From Nitrospiraceae bacterium (GTDB lineage: Bacteria; Nitrospirota; Nitrospiria; Nitrospirales; Nitrospiraceae), in the NCBI GenBank assembly GCA_050246315.1, contig JBFWWG010000004.1, positions 160,001 through 224,000 on the forward strand: a stretch of 64,000 nt of DNA, read 5' to 3'. The notes beneath the pieces were generated by a model. That model did no database searches and was not told the origin of the DNA. It saw only the letters and a program-made list of their open reading frames with translations. Position numbers and translations under genes: made by a program. This document shows, one piece after another, positions 49,183 through 59,367 of the stretch (position 1 is the first letter of the stretch; each line of letters begins with the position of its first letter).

Positions 49183-50019
49183 CTACTTCTTCCTCACGAC
49201 CAGATGACCGCGCCGATTCTGTTGGTGGCAACTCTCGGCATGCTCATGGCAGAAGGGCCGCTCCTTGCCATAGGAGACGACCGACAATTGATTGGCCGCC
49301 ACACCGAGCTCCACCAGGTAGTTTCTGACGGCCTTGGCCCGCTTTTCTCCCAACACCAGGTTATAAGCCGAGGTGCCGCGTTCATCGCAGTGGCCCTCGA
49401 TCTTGACCAAGCTGTCGGGGTTCGTCCTAATCCAGTCCGCATCGACCGCCAGAACCCGCCGGCCCTCCTCATTGATCTGCCAGCTATCGTAGGCGAAAAA
49501 CACGTCCTGCAAGCCCGCGGCCGCAGAGGCCAATTGCTCTTGCCGCAATTCTTCGGTTTGGCGCGCCGCACTCTCGGAGGGCTGAACCTTCGCCAACAAC
49601 GGCCCGCCCCCGAGTCGCTCCTCACCCGGAGCGCTCCCCGATTTCATGGAATCCAGTCCGCTCAAATGGCTCGTGTCTCCGGCTGGATAGCCAGGAGCGC
49701 CCCCCATTTCCCCACCGGACTGCGACAGGCTGGGAATGTTGGAATTATAATCCGGTTCGATCGTTCGTCCTGTTCCGCCCGATGAGTCCGGCACCCCACT
49801 GGCCGAGTCCGGCATCCCGCTGGGTCCGATCGGCTGTTCCGAGACACTGCCGGTTCCGAATCCTCCCACCCCGCCGGGCCCGCCTCCCCCACGCTTGGCC
49901 GCCTCCGACGACTTGGAGCCCGAACTGGCCTGCACGGATTTCTTGGAGCACCCCGGCGTTGCCAGCAACAGCAACCCGACGGCTCCGATAAGACTGATGG
50001 TGACACACGATATCTTCAT
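49183..50019 (-). CDS. pal: Peptidoglycan-associated lipoprotein Pal with a long Gly/Ser/Pro linker
   Basis: Lipobox TPGC, IEGHCDERGTSAYNLVLGEKRA, SYGKERP, NRR. Confidence 0.93.
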   Translation of the reverse strand: MKISCVTISLIGAVGLLLLATPGCSKKSVQASSGSKSSEAAKRGGGGPGGVGGFGTGSVSEQPIGPSGMPDSASGVPDSSGGTGRTIEPDYNSNIPSLSQSGGEMGGAPGYPAGDTSHLSGLDSMKSGSAPGEERLGGGPLLAKVQPSESAARQTEELRQEQLASAAAGLQDVFFAYDSWQINEEGRRVLAVDADWIRTNPDSLVKIEGHCDERGTSAYNLVLGEKRAKAVRNYLVELGVAANQLSVVSYGKERPFCHEHAESCHQQNRRGHLVVRKK

Positions 50020-50090
50020 GGGTGAACTCCTCAGGTGAAAGTAAGTCGATCGTGCAACTCGGTCGGGTTAACGTCGGCGCCCGGCCGGTC

Positions 50091-51413
50091 TCAGGCTGGG
50101 GACCACGTCGGAGAGCTATTGTGATGCCCGTCGAAGGTAATGCGTTCAATGTCTTTTCCGTCAGCATTTACCATATAGATATGGCTTTTTCCATCAACGA
50201 TGGAACTGAAGACGACATGCCGGCCATCCGGCGACCATGACGGCGAATCGTCGAGTCCGGAACCGGTCGTGATCTGCTCACGTCGCTGGCCGTCCGGGCT
50301 GATCAGACAGATCTTATACTCACGCCGCGCCGTCCGGCAGACGTAGGCGATCCAATTCCCCTTCGGCGACCATGCCGGCGCCGCATTGTAGTCGCCTTCG
50401 AACGTCAATCGCCGGACATTGGAGCCGTCGGCACTCATAATATAGACTTGCGGCCCCCCGCTTCGATCGGAGACAAAGGCCAGCTCACGGCCGGTCGGAG
50501 ACCAGGTGGGGGACAGATCGCCGGCTTGGTTCGTGGTCAACCGCTCAAACGCCTTCGTCCTGGTGTCCTGCTTGTAAATTTCTGAGTTGCCGTCCTCACT
50601 GGAGGCAAAGGCCAAATAATTCCCATCCGGCGACAGGGCCGGGGTGATATTGAGCCCCTTTTTGGAAATCAACGTCCATCGCTTGCCTGTCGCGAGTTCA
50701 ATCATGTCAATGTCCTGCGTGTTGCGGCTTCGATAGGCGGTGAAAATGAGAAACCGGCGGTCGGCCGACCATCGGGGCATCAGGTTCAGGTAGCCATCGG
50801 CCGTCACCTGTCTCGGATCATGGCCGTCGTAATCCATGACGAAGAGTTCTCGCGCGCCCTTCTGTTCCGAGACATAGGCGATCTTTGTCCTGGCGATCCC
50901 CTGCTCGCCCGTGTACCGAAACACCAGTTCGTCGGCAAATCGATGGGCGATGAGACGGGTCACACCGGTCGCGCCGACGTACCGTTTTCCGCTGATCACC
51001 TCGTCCGTTCCCCCGTCGTAGACATACGCGTCGATATGAGCATCGGTGTCCTTGCTTCCGTCCTTGGCCGCCGCTTTGCCCCAGACGAGTACCGAAATGC
51101 CGTTGTCGGTGGCCTGCTTGAATACCGCCTTCTCATCGCCCTTGAGCTCCCGCACCTTAATGCCTCGGCTCGGCAAGTCCACCACGTCGAAGATCAACGA
51201 GCGGCGAAGATCGGCCTTCAATACTTCCTCGATACGGCTGCCCAGCCATTCAGACCCGTTGCTGGCTCGAAATCCCACCACGCCGAGCGGAATCTTCTGA
51301 AAATCAGGACGCGTCGCCTCCAGAAAGACATCCGTCGCCCGTGACTCGAAAATGGAAGCCACCCCGATCACCGCGATCATCGCCACACCGGTTAAAAGAG
51401 CACGCATGAGCAT
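50091..51413 (-). CDS. tolB: Tol-Pal beta-propeller protein TolB
   Basis: AHRFADE, TKIAYV, repeated P.WSPDG. Confidence 0.95.
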   Translation of the reverse strand: MLMRALLTGVAMIAVIGVASIFESRATDVFLEATRPDFQKIPLGVVGFRASNGSEWLGSRIEEVLKADLRRSLIFDVVDLPSRGIKVRELKGDEKAVFKQATDNGISVLVWGKAAAKDGSKDTDAHIDAYVYDGGTDEVISGKRYVGATGVTRLIAHRFADELVFRYTGEQGIARTKIAYVSEQKGARELFVMDYDGHDPRQVTADGYLNLMPRWSADRRFLIFTAYRSRNTQDIDMIELATGKRWTLISKKGLNITPALSPDGNYLAFASSEDGNSEIYKQDTRTKAFERLTTNQAGDLSPTWSPTGRELAFVSDRSGGPQVYIMSADGSNVRRLTFEGDYNAAPAWSPKGNWIAYVCRTARREYKICLISPDGQRREQITTGSGLDDSPSWSPDGRHVVFSSIVDGKSHIYMVNADGKDIERITFDGHHNSSPTWSPA

Positions 51414-52727
51414 TTACCCCGTAAAGTCTCCGACCACGAAACTGAAATGCGCGTCGAAATAGGCACTGGACAGATCCTTGGGAAAAGGCGGCAGCGGGTC
51501 CGCGTTCAGCACGGCCCGTTTTCCAGCCAGATCATAGTACTCGCTTCCTGAGGATAGTTCGACCGTTACTCCGCTGACGGCGCCGCTGCGGTTCAGCCGA
51601 AACCGAATGACCACGGTCAAGCCCTTGCCGATCATCTCAACCGGCGGAGCTGTCCAATGTTGGCTGATCAACTGTTGCACCCTCGCGAGATAGGCGTTCG
51701 ACCCTGGCCCAGCACCGGGCACGTTGATCGTCATTTCCGGGCGGATGCTCGCAAGCTTGGATGCCATCGCAGGAGGGACCGGGGCAGGCTCGATCTCTTC
51801 ATGCTTCACGACTTCACGCGGGCGAGCATCAACCGTCTTGACCGTCGCGGTACTGAAGGTCGGACTCTCCTGCGGCTTGGGCAGCGGCTGTTCCTTGGTT
51901 TTCTTGAGTTCTCGCTCCAATTCCTGCTGGAACTCGTCGGACAAAGATGCCCGCTGCTCTCGCGGCCGCGGGCGCTCCTCGACAGCCGGAGGGGGAACGG
52001 CAGGCAATTCCCTGGTCTCCGGCACCTTCAGCTTGCTGAGAAGCGATCTGACCTCCGTCCTCGTTCGGTCAGGCACCCGTTGCGGTGTGGCATCCGGGAT
52101 GGGCTGTGGTGCCGGTGCCACCGGCCGATCGGGGCTGAGTTCCCCGAACTTTGGGACCTCTCGTGGGAGGTCAACGTCCTTCAAGGCGCCGCGAAATGGA
52201 TTCTCCGCTCCCCGCTTCGGCCCGGAGACCGGCGGAGCAGGCGGAGGTACGATCGGCTCATACCTTGTCTGCGGAGGAGCCGGCGACACGGTCGGCAATT
52301 TCGGCGCCACGACAACCGGCGCCGGGGCCTTTTGGGTCGGAGCCGGAGCCTTCTGGACCGGCGCCGGGGTCTTTTGAATTGCCGGCGGGGGTGGAGGCAA
52401 CGTCCGCGAAGGTTGCGGCTCTGGCTTGCTTGGCGGCGGGGGCACGGCCCGCGACTGAGGCTGCACCGGAGTCGGCTGACTCTTCTGAACGGCAGGCTTA
52501 GGAGCCGGCGGCAAGGTGATCAACGACACTTGCACGGCAGCGGAAAGGGGACGTTCACCCGTCTTAAACGACATGAAGGCAAATACGAGCAGGAGGGCAA
52601 GATGGAGCGATAGCGAGAGGGCCAGCGGCCCGGTGACAGGCTCGGATTTCCCTCTGGCTCCGGTGAGAGGCAGGACCAACGGCAAGGACTGTGACGACGA
52701 TTGAGACCGTGCGGCCATCTGACCCAT
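51414..52727 (-). CDS. tolA: TolA/TonB-family energy transducer, Pro-rich
   Basis: SLSLHL TM motif, Pro-rich linker, C-terminal SSG..YYD.A..RAV....PLPP.P; lies between tolR and tolB. Confidence 0.85.
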   Translation of the reverse strand: MGQMAARSQSSSQSLPLVLPLTGARGKSEPVTGPLALSLSLHLALLLVFAFMSFKTGERPLSAAVQVSLITLPPAPKPAVQKSQPTPVQPQSRAVPPPPSKPEPQPSRTLPPPPPAIQKTPAPVQKAPAPTQKAPAPVVVAPKLPTVSPAPPQTRYEPIVPPPAPPVSGPKRGAENPFRGALKDVDLPREVPKFGELSPDRPVAPAPQPIPDATPQRVPDRTRTEVRSLLSKLKVPETRELPAVPPPAVEERPRPREQRASLSDEFQQELERELKKTKEQPLPKPQESPTFSTATVKTVDARPREVVKHEEIEPAPVPPAMASKLASIRPEMTINVPGAGPGSNAYLARVQQLISQHWTAPPVEMIGKGLTVVIRFRLNRSGAVSGVTVELSSGSEYYDLAGKRAVLNADPLPPFPKDLSSAYFDAHFSFVVGDFTG

Positions 52728-52767
52728 TGTTTCCAACCGCCCCCGACCGCTTGAGCCGAATGACGTG

Positions 52768-53217
52768 TTAGCGCTTTTGCTCTCCGACCTTAGTCGGCTC
52801 CTCGGCCACCCGCTCACTGGTTGTTGGTTCCGTCACCATGCCCATTTTTTCGATGCCGGCCTTCTTCACCCCGTCCATCACCTGGACGACCGTGCCGTAC
52901 GGCACATCCCGATCCGCCCGCAGAAATACCGACACATCGGCGTTCTGCTCCTTCGCTGATCGGAGTCGCCGCTCAAGTTGCGCGACGCTGATCGGGTCCT
53001 TATCCAGGTACAGCTTCTGATCCTTCTCGATCGTCAGCACCATTCGCACTTCCGGCTTGATGGTATTGCTGGCCGACGACGGCAGTTTAATATCGATCCC
53101 TCGGTACAGCATGGGCGCGGTGATCATAAAGATGACCAACAGCACCAAGACGACGTCCACGAGCGGGATAACGTTGATCTCGGCCATGAATCGCCGCTGT
53201 CGCGATTCCATCATCAT
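52768..53217 (-). CDS. tolR: TolR/ExbD
   Basis: INVIPLVDVVLVLLVIFMITAP, RAD..VPYG. Confidence 0.93.
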   Translation of the reverse strand: MMMESRQRRFMAEINVIPLVDVVLVLLVIFMITAPMLYRGIDIKLPSSASNTIKPEVRMVLTIEKDQKLYLDKDPISVAQLERRLRSAKEQNADVSVFLRADRDVPYGTVVQVMDGVKKAGIEKMGMVTEPTTSERVAEEPTKVGEQKR

Positions 53218-53927
53218 GAAGCCGTTCCCCTGGCGCCAGCGCGCCGAAGCAACGAATTCAACATCTCCACGCTGAAGGTCTCCAGACGGAACGCCATCCG
53301 TCGAATGCGCGAGAGAAAGTAATTATAGGCAACGACCGCAGGGATGGCTGTAAACAATCCCATCGCCGTCGCCACCAACGCTTCGGCGACCCCGGGGGCC
53401 ACGGCCCCGATGCTGGCCGTTCCCTGCTGCCCGATTTCCCGAAATGAATCGATGATCCCCAGCACCGTCCCAAGCAACCCGATGAAGGGAGTAATGTTGC
53501 CTGTGGTCGCGAGAAAGGGCAGATAGGACTCCATTCTGGCCAATTGGCCCTGCACGATATATGCCATCGAACGCTCGAGATAATGCCGGTCCACTGGAAT
53601 CCCTTCCGCTGACCCTGGATGGTCTTTGTGCGGATTCCCGCTGCCTTCAGGCGCCTCCGGTAGGCGATCCAGGACGTTGAGCAGCACGGCCGCCGACGGA
53701 CTGTCCCCGGCCCTTCGGGCCTGCCGTCGCATTTCCTCCACGTCGTTCAGTTTTGCAACACTCGACAGGAACCGTTGATCCTCGGCATCGCTCCGACGAT
53801 AGACTCGAAGCTTATAGAGAATGATGGCCCAGGATAGAACGGAAAACCCGAACAAGAAGAGCAGGATGATTTTGGATACTAGGCCGAGCGAACTAACGAG
53901 TCCGAGGGGACCGGCTTGCAAATTCAT
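53214..53927 (-). CDS. tolQ: TolQ/ExbB
   Basis: PFIGLLGTV.GI..SF, VAPGVAEALVATA.GL..AIPA. Confidence 0.95.
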   Translation of the reverse strand: MNLQAGPLGLVSSLGLVSKIILLFLFGFSVLSWAIILYKLRVYRRSDAEDQRFLSSVAKLNDVEEMRRQARRAGDSPSAAVLLNVLDRLPEAPEGSGNPHKDHPGSAEGIPVDRHYLERSMAYIVQGQLARMESYLPFLATTGNITPFIGLLGTVLGIIDSFREIGQQGTASIGAVAPGVAEALVATAMGLFTAIPAVVAYNYFLSRIRRMAFRLETFSVEMLNSLLRRAGARGTAS

Positions 53928-54010
53928 TCCCTTTTAGTATCCCTCTTGTACAGCTCGCGGGAAAATATGCACCGGTTGCGTACATGATGTCACCCACCTG
54001 GAGATAAAAA

Positions 54011-54089
54011 TGGCGGGGCCGACGGGATTTGAACCCGCGACCTCCAGATTGACAATCTGGCGTCCTAAACCAGGCTGAACGACGGCCCC
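54011..54089 (-). tRNA. tRNA-Asp(GTC)
   Basis: GGGGCCG acceptor stem, anticodon arm CCAGA-TTGTCAA-TCTGG, GGTTCAAATCC T-arm, encoded CCA. Confidence 0.95.
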
Positions 54090-54211
54090 GCAATGGATGG
54101 AGAGAGCTTGGCGACTGCGCAGTGCGAACTGTGGGTGCAGGTCGATGCTCAACGCAGCCTGAGATCAGCTCGTCAATAGGTTGAATACGTTGTCTGGTAG
54201 TCTTCTATTCC

Positions 54212-54287
54212 TGGTAGGCGGAACAGGGATCGAACCTGCGACCTCTGCCTTGTAAGGGCAGCGCTCTCCCGGCTGAGCTATCCGCCT
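54212..54287 (-). tRNA. tRNA-Val(TAC)
   Basis: AGGCGGATAGCTCAG..., anticodon loop containing TAC, GGTTCGATCCC, encoded CCA. Confidence 0.95.
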
Positions 54288-54315
54288 AAAGTTTTGTAAT
54301 CCCCGATAGTTGCGC

Positions 54316-54344
54316 ATGCTATCAAGTCGCCTCCGCGATGTCAA
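54316..54344 (-). promoter_or_regulatory. sigma70 promoter of the tRNA pair
   Basis: TTGACA-N17-TAGCAT on the minus strand. Confidence 0.7.
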
Positions 54345-54427
54345 CCGATCTACGGCAAGATCTGGGCGTCGTGGCAGAGTGCGTCAGGACGAATCACGAT
54401 TCGGTATCCGGCGGTACTGACGATCGA

Positions 54428-55450
54428 TCAGGCGTCTGTCACAGGTGGGCTGCGTCGCGACGCACCCGCGCGACGCGGGAAGTACCGGTCATGCACCTGC
54501 TTGAGCCGCTCCCGCTCGACATGCGTATAGATCTGGGTCGTGGCCAGGCTCGCATGCCCCAACATGGCCTGAACCGACCGCAGGTCCGCGCCGCGATCCA
54601 ACAGATGGGTGGCGAAGGAATGACGCAACACATGGGGCGAAAGGTGGGACGTGATGCCGGCTTGTCGGGCCCGGCTTCGGAGCACTTTCCAGAATCCCTG
54701 TCTGGTCAAGGGTCCTCCGCGGCGCGTCACGAACAACATCGTCGAGGTGCATCGTTTCAACAACACGCCCCGCACCTGCGAAAGGTACTGCATGACCTTT
54801 CGGCGCGCCACGTCGCCGATGGGCACAATTCGCTGCTTGTTCCCTTTCCCCGATACCAGTAGGTACCCCACCGGGAGATTCAGACTCGAAAGAGGCAGCG
54901 CCACCAGTTCCGACACTCGGAGTCCGGATGCATACAGGAGTTCGATCATCGCATCGTCCCGCACCGCTTCCGGACCGTTGGAAACCCGACCGTCGAGCAG
55001 GGCTGCCACTTCTTGCTTGGTCAAGGTACGTGGAAGTTTGACACCCGCCTTGGGAGCGCTCAGAAATTCGGTGGGATCATCCCGGCAGAGTCCTTCCCGT
55101 TGGAGAAACCGATAAAAGCCGCGGAGCGTCGCCAGATATCGGGCGCGGGAAGAGGACGCGCCGCCCCCTCGGGCAACGTCGACAAAAAATTCGGCCAAGA
55201 CAGCGGGCGTGACGTTGGAGGGATCCGACAAGCCTCGCCTGCGAAGATGGGAAAGGAATTTTGCCAGATCCAATCGGTAGGATTCGGTGGTGTTGGCTGC
55301 CAGCCCGCCCTCGACCCGCAGATACCGCACGAAATGATCAATCCATTGATCAGTCCGGATCCTTCGCTCCGCGCCGTCCTGACGTGCGGCAGGAGTATCG
55401 ATAGGTTGTCTTCTCCGCGCTGCCCGCATCGCTCGCGTGGGATTCTGCAT
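54428..55450 (-). CDS. xerD: Site-specific tyrosine recombinase XerD
   Basis: LYASGLRVSEL, GKGNKQR, LTRQGFW, SPHVLRHSFATH, LGHA, TQIYTHV. Confidence 0.93.
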   Translation of the reverse strand: MQNPTRAMRAARRRQPIDTPAARQDGAERRIRTDQWIDHFVRYLRVEGGLAANTTESYRLDLAKFLSHLRRRGLSDPSNVTPAVLAEFFVDVARGGGASSSRARYLATLRGFYRFLQREGLCRDDPTEFLSAPKAGVKLPRTLTKQEVAALLDGRVSNGPEAVRDDAMIELLYASGLRVSELVALPLSSLNLPVGYLLVSGKGNKQRIVPIGDVARRKVMQYLSQVRGVLLKRCTSTMLFVTRRGGPLTRQGFWKVLRSRARQAGITSHLSPHVLRHSFATHLLDRGADLRSVQAMLGHASLATTQIYTHVERERLKQVHDRYFPRRAGASRRSPPVTDA

Positions 55451-55472
55451 CGACGGCCGGTTCCTGTTCGCA

Positions 55473-55577
55473 ACTATAGCGAAGCGTGAGATTCAACTCA
55501 AACACCCACTCCGTTTTCGCGCATGATTTCCCGTATCGTACGATTCCTTGACAAGATTTCTCATGCTTACCTATAGT
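55473..55577. promoter_or_regulatory. Divergent sigma70 promoters (xerD and lpoA-like operon)
   Basis: Minus: TTGAGT-N17-TATAGT (55473-55501). Plus: TTGACA-N18-TATAGT (55548-55577). Confidence 0.65.
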
Positions 55578-55616
55578 CACCTTCGTCGCGGCGAGTCTCG
55601 CGATGCTCACGTTCCC

Positions 55617-57608
55617 ATGCCTTCCATCTGGCTCCGATTATTCTCGACCGTACGAACGACGGTGCCCCGTCGGCTTGTTCCGGCTACCGGACTGATCCTT
55701 GGTGCCGTCCTCTGTCTGCTGGCGCCATTCTCAGGCACCGCCGCCACTTCGCCACCCGGAACGACCGACGGAGGCCGGACGCAAGCAAGTCGCGCCTCCG
55801 CGACGTTGGACAAAGCTAAACGGCTGATCGAATCCCAGCGCCCCGATGAAGCACTGGCGCTGCTCAAACCCTTCGTCAATCTCTCGCCGCGTCCGGCCCA
55901 AGCCGACCAAGCCTATCTGTTGATGGCCGCCGCCTATCGCGGAGCGAATCAGCATGCCGAAGCCGTCGCGGCACTCAACTTCTTTCTCAGCGAATTTCCG
56001 ACGTCGCCGCTACTCGATCGCGCCAAAATGCTCCTGGCCTCGGAGCACGCCGTGATGGGACATCCGGACCAAGCCTTGCCCCTTCTCGCGGAGATTCGCA
56101 GTCTGACCACCGATGTGGCCACCAAACGGGAAGCGTTGCTCCTGACCGGCGACATTCTCGCTCAAAAACGCGACGTCCCTCGCGCGATCCAGGCCTGGCT
56201 GGAGGAGATGGAGCTGGCCCAGCCAGAGCAACGCGGTGCCACGGCAGCCCGCATCCAGACGCTGATCCGTGACAAGCTGGACCGACCGGCGCTCGTACGA
56301 ATTCGCGATACCTATCCTTCGTCCTTCCCCGGCGATGTCGCCCTGATCCGGTTGATCGAATGGCACACGGCGCGCGGTGAAGACCATTTGGCCGAACGGC
56401 AACTCCGGCTGTTTCTCCAGCGATTTCCCTCGCACGAATACGCAGCGAAGGCCGCCGATCTGCTGAACGGCCTGGCCGCGAAACTGAAATCGAGCCAAGC
56501 CGTCCTGGTAGCGCTACTACCGTTAACCGGAAAGCTGACACCGTTCGGAACGGAAGCGCTGAACGGCATCCAACTCGCTTTGGAAAAGGCAAAGGAAGCG
56601 TACGGTCCAACGTCCACTGGCGCCTCGATCGGACTGATCGTGAAGGATTCTGCCGCACCCCGCGGAGGGTTGGCCCAGGATCTTACCGACACCCTGGAAG
56701 AGTATCGACCCATTGCCGTGATCGGTCCCCTCCTGTCGAAGCATCTGCCCACGGTCGCCGAGGTGGTCGCGCGTACGGACACGCCGGCGATCACTCCGTC
56801 GGCCACTGTGGCCGATGTCCGCCGGTACGGATCGTGGCTCTTCAGCACGGCCCTCTCCTATGCCCATCAAACCAAACGTCTCGCGTCCTACGCGACGGAA
56901 CAGTTGGGATACCGGCGGGTCAGTGTGCTGCATCCCGACACATTCTACGGCCGGGAATTGGCCCAGTTGTTCAGTCAAGAGGTGATTCAACACGGCGGCG
57001 AAATTATCGCGTCCGAGAGTTATAAAGAAGGCGATACGGACTTCGGGCAGGCGATCAAGCGGCTCAAGACCCAGGACCTGAAGAAATATGGGATGACCAC
57101 ACCGGTCGTCAGCTCCAAAGGCCAAAAACGCGATCTGTATGCGCCGGGATTTGATGCGATTTTCGTCCCGGGACGGGCGATGGACATTACCCTGCTCTCC
57201 CCTCAATTGACCTTTCACGACGTCAAGGTTCCGCTGCTCGGCACAAGCAGTTGGAACATGACGCCCGCTCCGACCACGAATGAGCCGGCCCTTGAGGGGT
57301 CGGTGTTTGTGGATGGGTTTTTCAGCGAGAGCCCCGACCCGGCCGTGCAGGAATTCGTCGATCGGTACCGCCAGCGATTTCAATCCAGTCCGACGGCCTT
57401 TGCCGCACAAGCGTTCGACGCCGCCACAATCATCCTCGACGCCCTGCGGAAGGGTGTCCTCTCGGGTCAGGCCATGAGAGAATACCTTCAAACACACCCC
57501 GACCTGCCGACGCTCGGCGGTCCCGCTCATTTCGACGGATCCGGTTCGTTGGTCCGACGGGTCTTCGTCATCGGCATCAAGGGCGGCCACCTGGTGCAAA
57601 TCGAGTAA
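55617..57608 (+). CDS. Penicillin-binding protein activator LpoA/LppC-like (TPR plus type I periplasmic binding domain)
   Basis: Signal peptide, TPRs, LLPLTG, VIGPL, YGRELAQLF, AAQAFDA; start moved downstream of the plus-strand promoter. Confidence 0.8.
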   Translation: MPSIWLRLFSTVRTTVPRRLVPATGLILGAVLCLLAPFSGTAATSPPGTTDGGRTQASRASATLDKAKRLIESQRPDEALALLKPFVNLSPRPAQADQAYLLMAAAYRGANQHAEAVAALNFFLSEFPTSPLLDRAKMLLASEHAVMGHPDQALPLLAEIRSLTTDVATKREALLLTGDILAQKRDVPRAIQAWLEEMELAQPEQRGATAARIQTLIRDKLDRPALVRIRDTYPSSFPGDVALIRLIEWHTARGEDHLAERQLRLFLQRFPSHEYAAKAADLLNGLAAKLKSSQAVLVALLPLTGKLTPFGTEALNGIQLALEKAKEAYGPTSTGASIGLIVKDSAAPRGGLAQDLTDTLEEYRPIAVIGPLLSKHLPTVAEVVARTDTPAITPSATVADVRRYGSWLFSTALSYAHQTKRLASYATEQLGYRRVSVLHPDTFYGRELAQLFSQEVIQHGGEIIASESYKEGDTDFGQAIKRLKTQDLKKYGMTTPVVSSKGQKRDLYAPGFDAIFVPGRAMDITLLSPQLTFHDVKVPLLGTSSWNMTPAPTTNEPALEGSVFVDGFFSESPDPAVQEFVDRYRQRFQSSPTAFAAQAFDAATIILDALRKGVLSGQAMREYLQTHPDLPTLGGPAHFDGSGSLVRRVFVIGIKGGHLVQIE

Positions 57609-57612
57609 CCCC

Positions 57613-58353
57613 ATGACGTCGTTGTCTCAGGTGCTTTACAAGATTTCCTACATGGGCCTGCCGCTGCTGTTCGCCATGGTCCTGCACGAATTCGCCCATG
57701 GTTGGGTGGCCAGTCGGCTCGGCGACCCGACGGCTCGTCTGCAAGGCCGGCTCACACTGAACCCGCTCGCGCATATCGATCCGTTCGGAACGGTGCTGGT
57801 GCCGTTGCTCTGCCTGCTCATGCCCGGAGGCTTCTTCATCGGCTGGGCGAAGCCGATTCCCATCGACCCACGGAACCTGTCGCATCCGCGTCGCGACATG
57901 GCCTGGGTCGCCGCCGCCGGTCCCGGAATGAACCTCGCACTGGCCATCCTCAGCGCCGCCGCGTTCAGCACTTTCCTGATGCTGGATCCGACGCTCGGTG
58001 AGTTCCTCTCGCGCTCGTCAAGCCCCAGGAGGCAGGATCTCGCGGGCCTGGTGTTGCTCCCGCTCGCGGTGATGGCACTCTATTCCGTCCTGATCAATGT
58101 GCTGCTGATGCTCTTCAACCTGATCCCGATCCCGCCGCTCGACGGAGGCCGGATCCTGACGAGCCTGTTGCCGCAACGGCCGGCACTGGCACTGGCGCAA
58201 CTGGAACCCTACGGCATGATCTTGATTTTTGCGCTGGTGCTGCTGGACCCGCAGATCCACCTCATCGGTACCATCACCGGTCCGCTTACGGATTTCACGG
58301 CCAATACGATTGTTCAACAGGTCCAGACCCTAACTCGAGGTGTCACACCATGA
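57613..58353 (+). CDS. Site-2 (M50) metalloprotease
   Basis: HEFAHG, AGPGMN, FNLIPIPPLDGG. Confidence 0.93.
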   Translation: MTSLSQVLYKISYMGLPLLFAMVLHEFAHGWVASRLGDPTARLQGRLTLNPLAHIDPFGTVLVPLLCLLMPGGFFIGWAKPIPIDPRNLSHPRRDMAWVAAAGPGMNLALAILSAAAFSTFLMLDPTLGEFLSRSSSPRRQDLAGLVLLPLAVMALYSVLINVLLMLFNLIPIPPLDGGRILTSLLPQRPALALAQLEPYGMILIFALVLLDPQIHLIGTITGPLTDFTANTIVQQVQTLTRGVTP

Positions 58354-59342
58354 CGGAGACTCCGCGCAAACGCGTTCTCAGCGGCATGCAACCCAGTGGC
58401 CTGCTCCACCTGGGAAACTGGCTCGGCGCGCTGGAGAACTGGAAGGCGCTGCAAGCGGACTACGACTGTTTCTTTTTCGTCGCGGACTGGCATGCGCTCT
58501 CGACTAATTATGAAAACACCGGCCGGCTGCGCGAGTTTTCGCGGGAGTTGGTCATCGATTGGCTGGCGGCGGGCATCGACCCCGCCCGCGCCACCGTCTT
58601 TGTGCAATCGCGGGTGCCGGACCACGCCGTCTTGCACCTGCTCTTGTCGATGATCATTCCGATCTCCTGGCTGGAACGGAATCCGACATACAAGGAAAAG
58701 CAGGAAGAGATCAAGGAACGCGATCTGGCCACCTACGGCTTCCTTGGATACCCAGTGCTGCAGGCTGCCGATATCCTTATCTACAAACCCGACTTCGTGC
58801 CGGTGGGCAAGGACCAGTTGCCCCACCTCGAATTGACGCGCGAACTGGCGCGTCGCTTCAACAGTCTGTATCGTCCCGTGTTCCCTGAGCCGATGGAACA
58901 CCTGACCAAGTTTCCCAAGGTCGTCGGCACCGACGGACGGAAGATGAGCAAGAGTTACGGCAACACGATCAACTTGTCCGACTCGGAGCCAGTCGTCCGG
59001 CAAAAACTCAAAACCATGATCACCGACCCCGCGCGCGTCCGTCGTACCGACCCTGGCAATCCGGATGTCTGTCCGGTCTACGACTTCCACAAGATTTTTT
59101 CTCCGTTACCCATCATCGAGCAGGTCAATCGCGAATGCCGTACGGCCGCCATCGGCTGCATCGACTGCAAAAAATTGGCGGCCGATGCCATCGTCGGTCG
59201 CATGCAGCCGATGTGGCACGCCCGTGCCGACTTGGTGAAGAAACCTGGACAGGTGGAAGAGATTGTGGCAGAAGGAAGTCAACGCGCTGCACGCGTGGCC
59301 CATCGGACGCTGTTGGAAGTCCAAGAGGCCATGAAGATCTAG
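58350..59342 (+). CDS. trpS: Tryptophan--tRNA ligase
   Basis: SGMQPSG.LHLGN, YPVLQAADIL, VPVGKDQ, KMSKS. Confidence 0.97.
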   Translation: MTETPRKRVLSGMQPSGLLHLGNWLGALENWKALQADYDCFFFVADWHALSTNYENTGRLREFSRELVIDWLAAGIDPARATVFVQSRVPDHAVLHLLLSMIIPISWLERNPTYKEKQEEIKERDLATYGFLGYPVLQAADILIYKPDFVPVGKDQLPHLELTRELARRFNSLYRPVFPEPMEHLTKFPKVVGTDGRKMSKSYGNTINLSDSEPVVRQKLKTMITDPARVRRTDPGNPDVCPVYDFHKIFSPLPIIEQVNRECRTAAIGCIDCKKLAADAIVGRMQPMWHARADLVKKPGQVEEIVAEGSQRAARVAHRTLLEVQEAMKI

Positions 59343-59367
59343 TCCGCAACGCGGCACTTCCTTTGAC

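Noticed and set aside
54011..55450. Tyrosine recombinase beside tRNAs as a prophage or island integrase
   Set aside because: It has XerD-type motifs (LTRQGFW, SPHVLRHSFATH), lies upstream of the tRNA 5' ends and has housekeeping flanks. I saw no duplicated tRNA 3' end.
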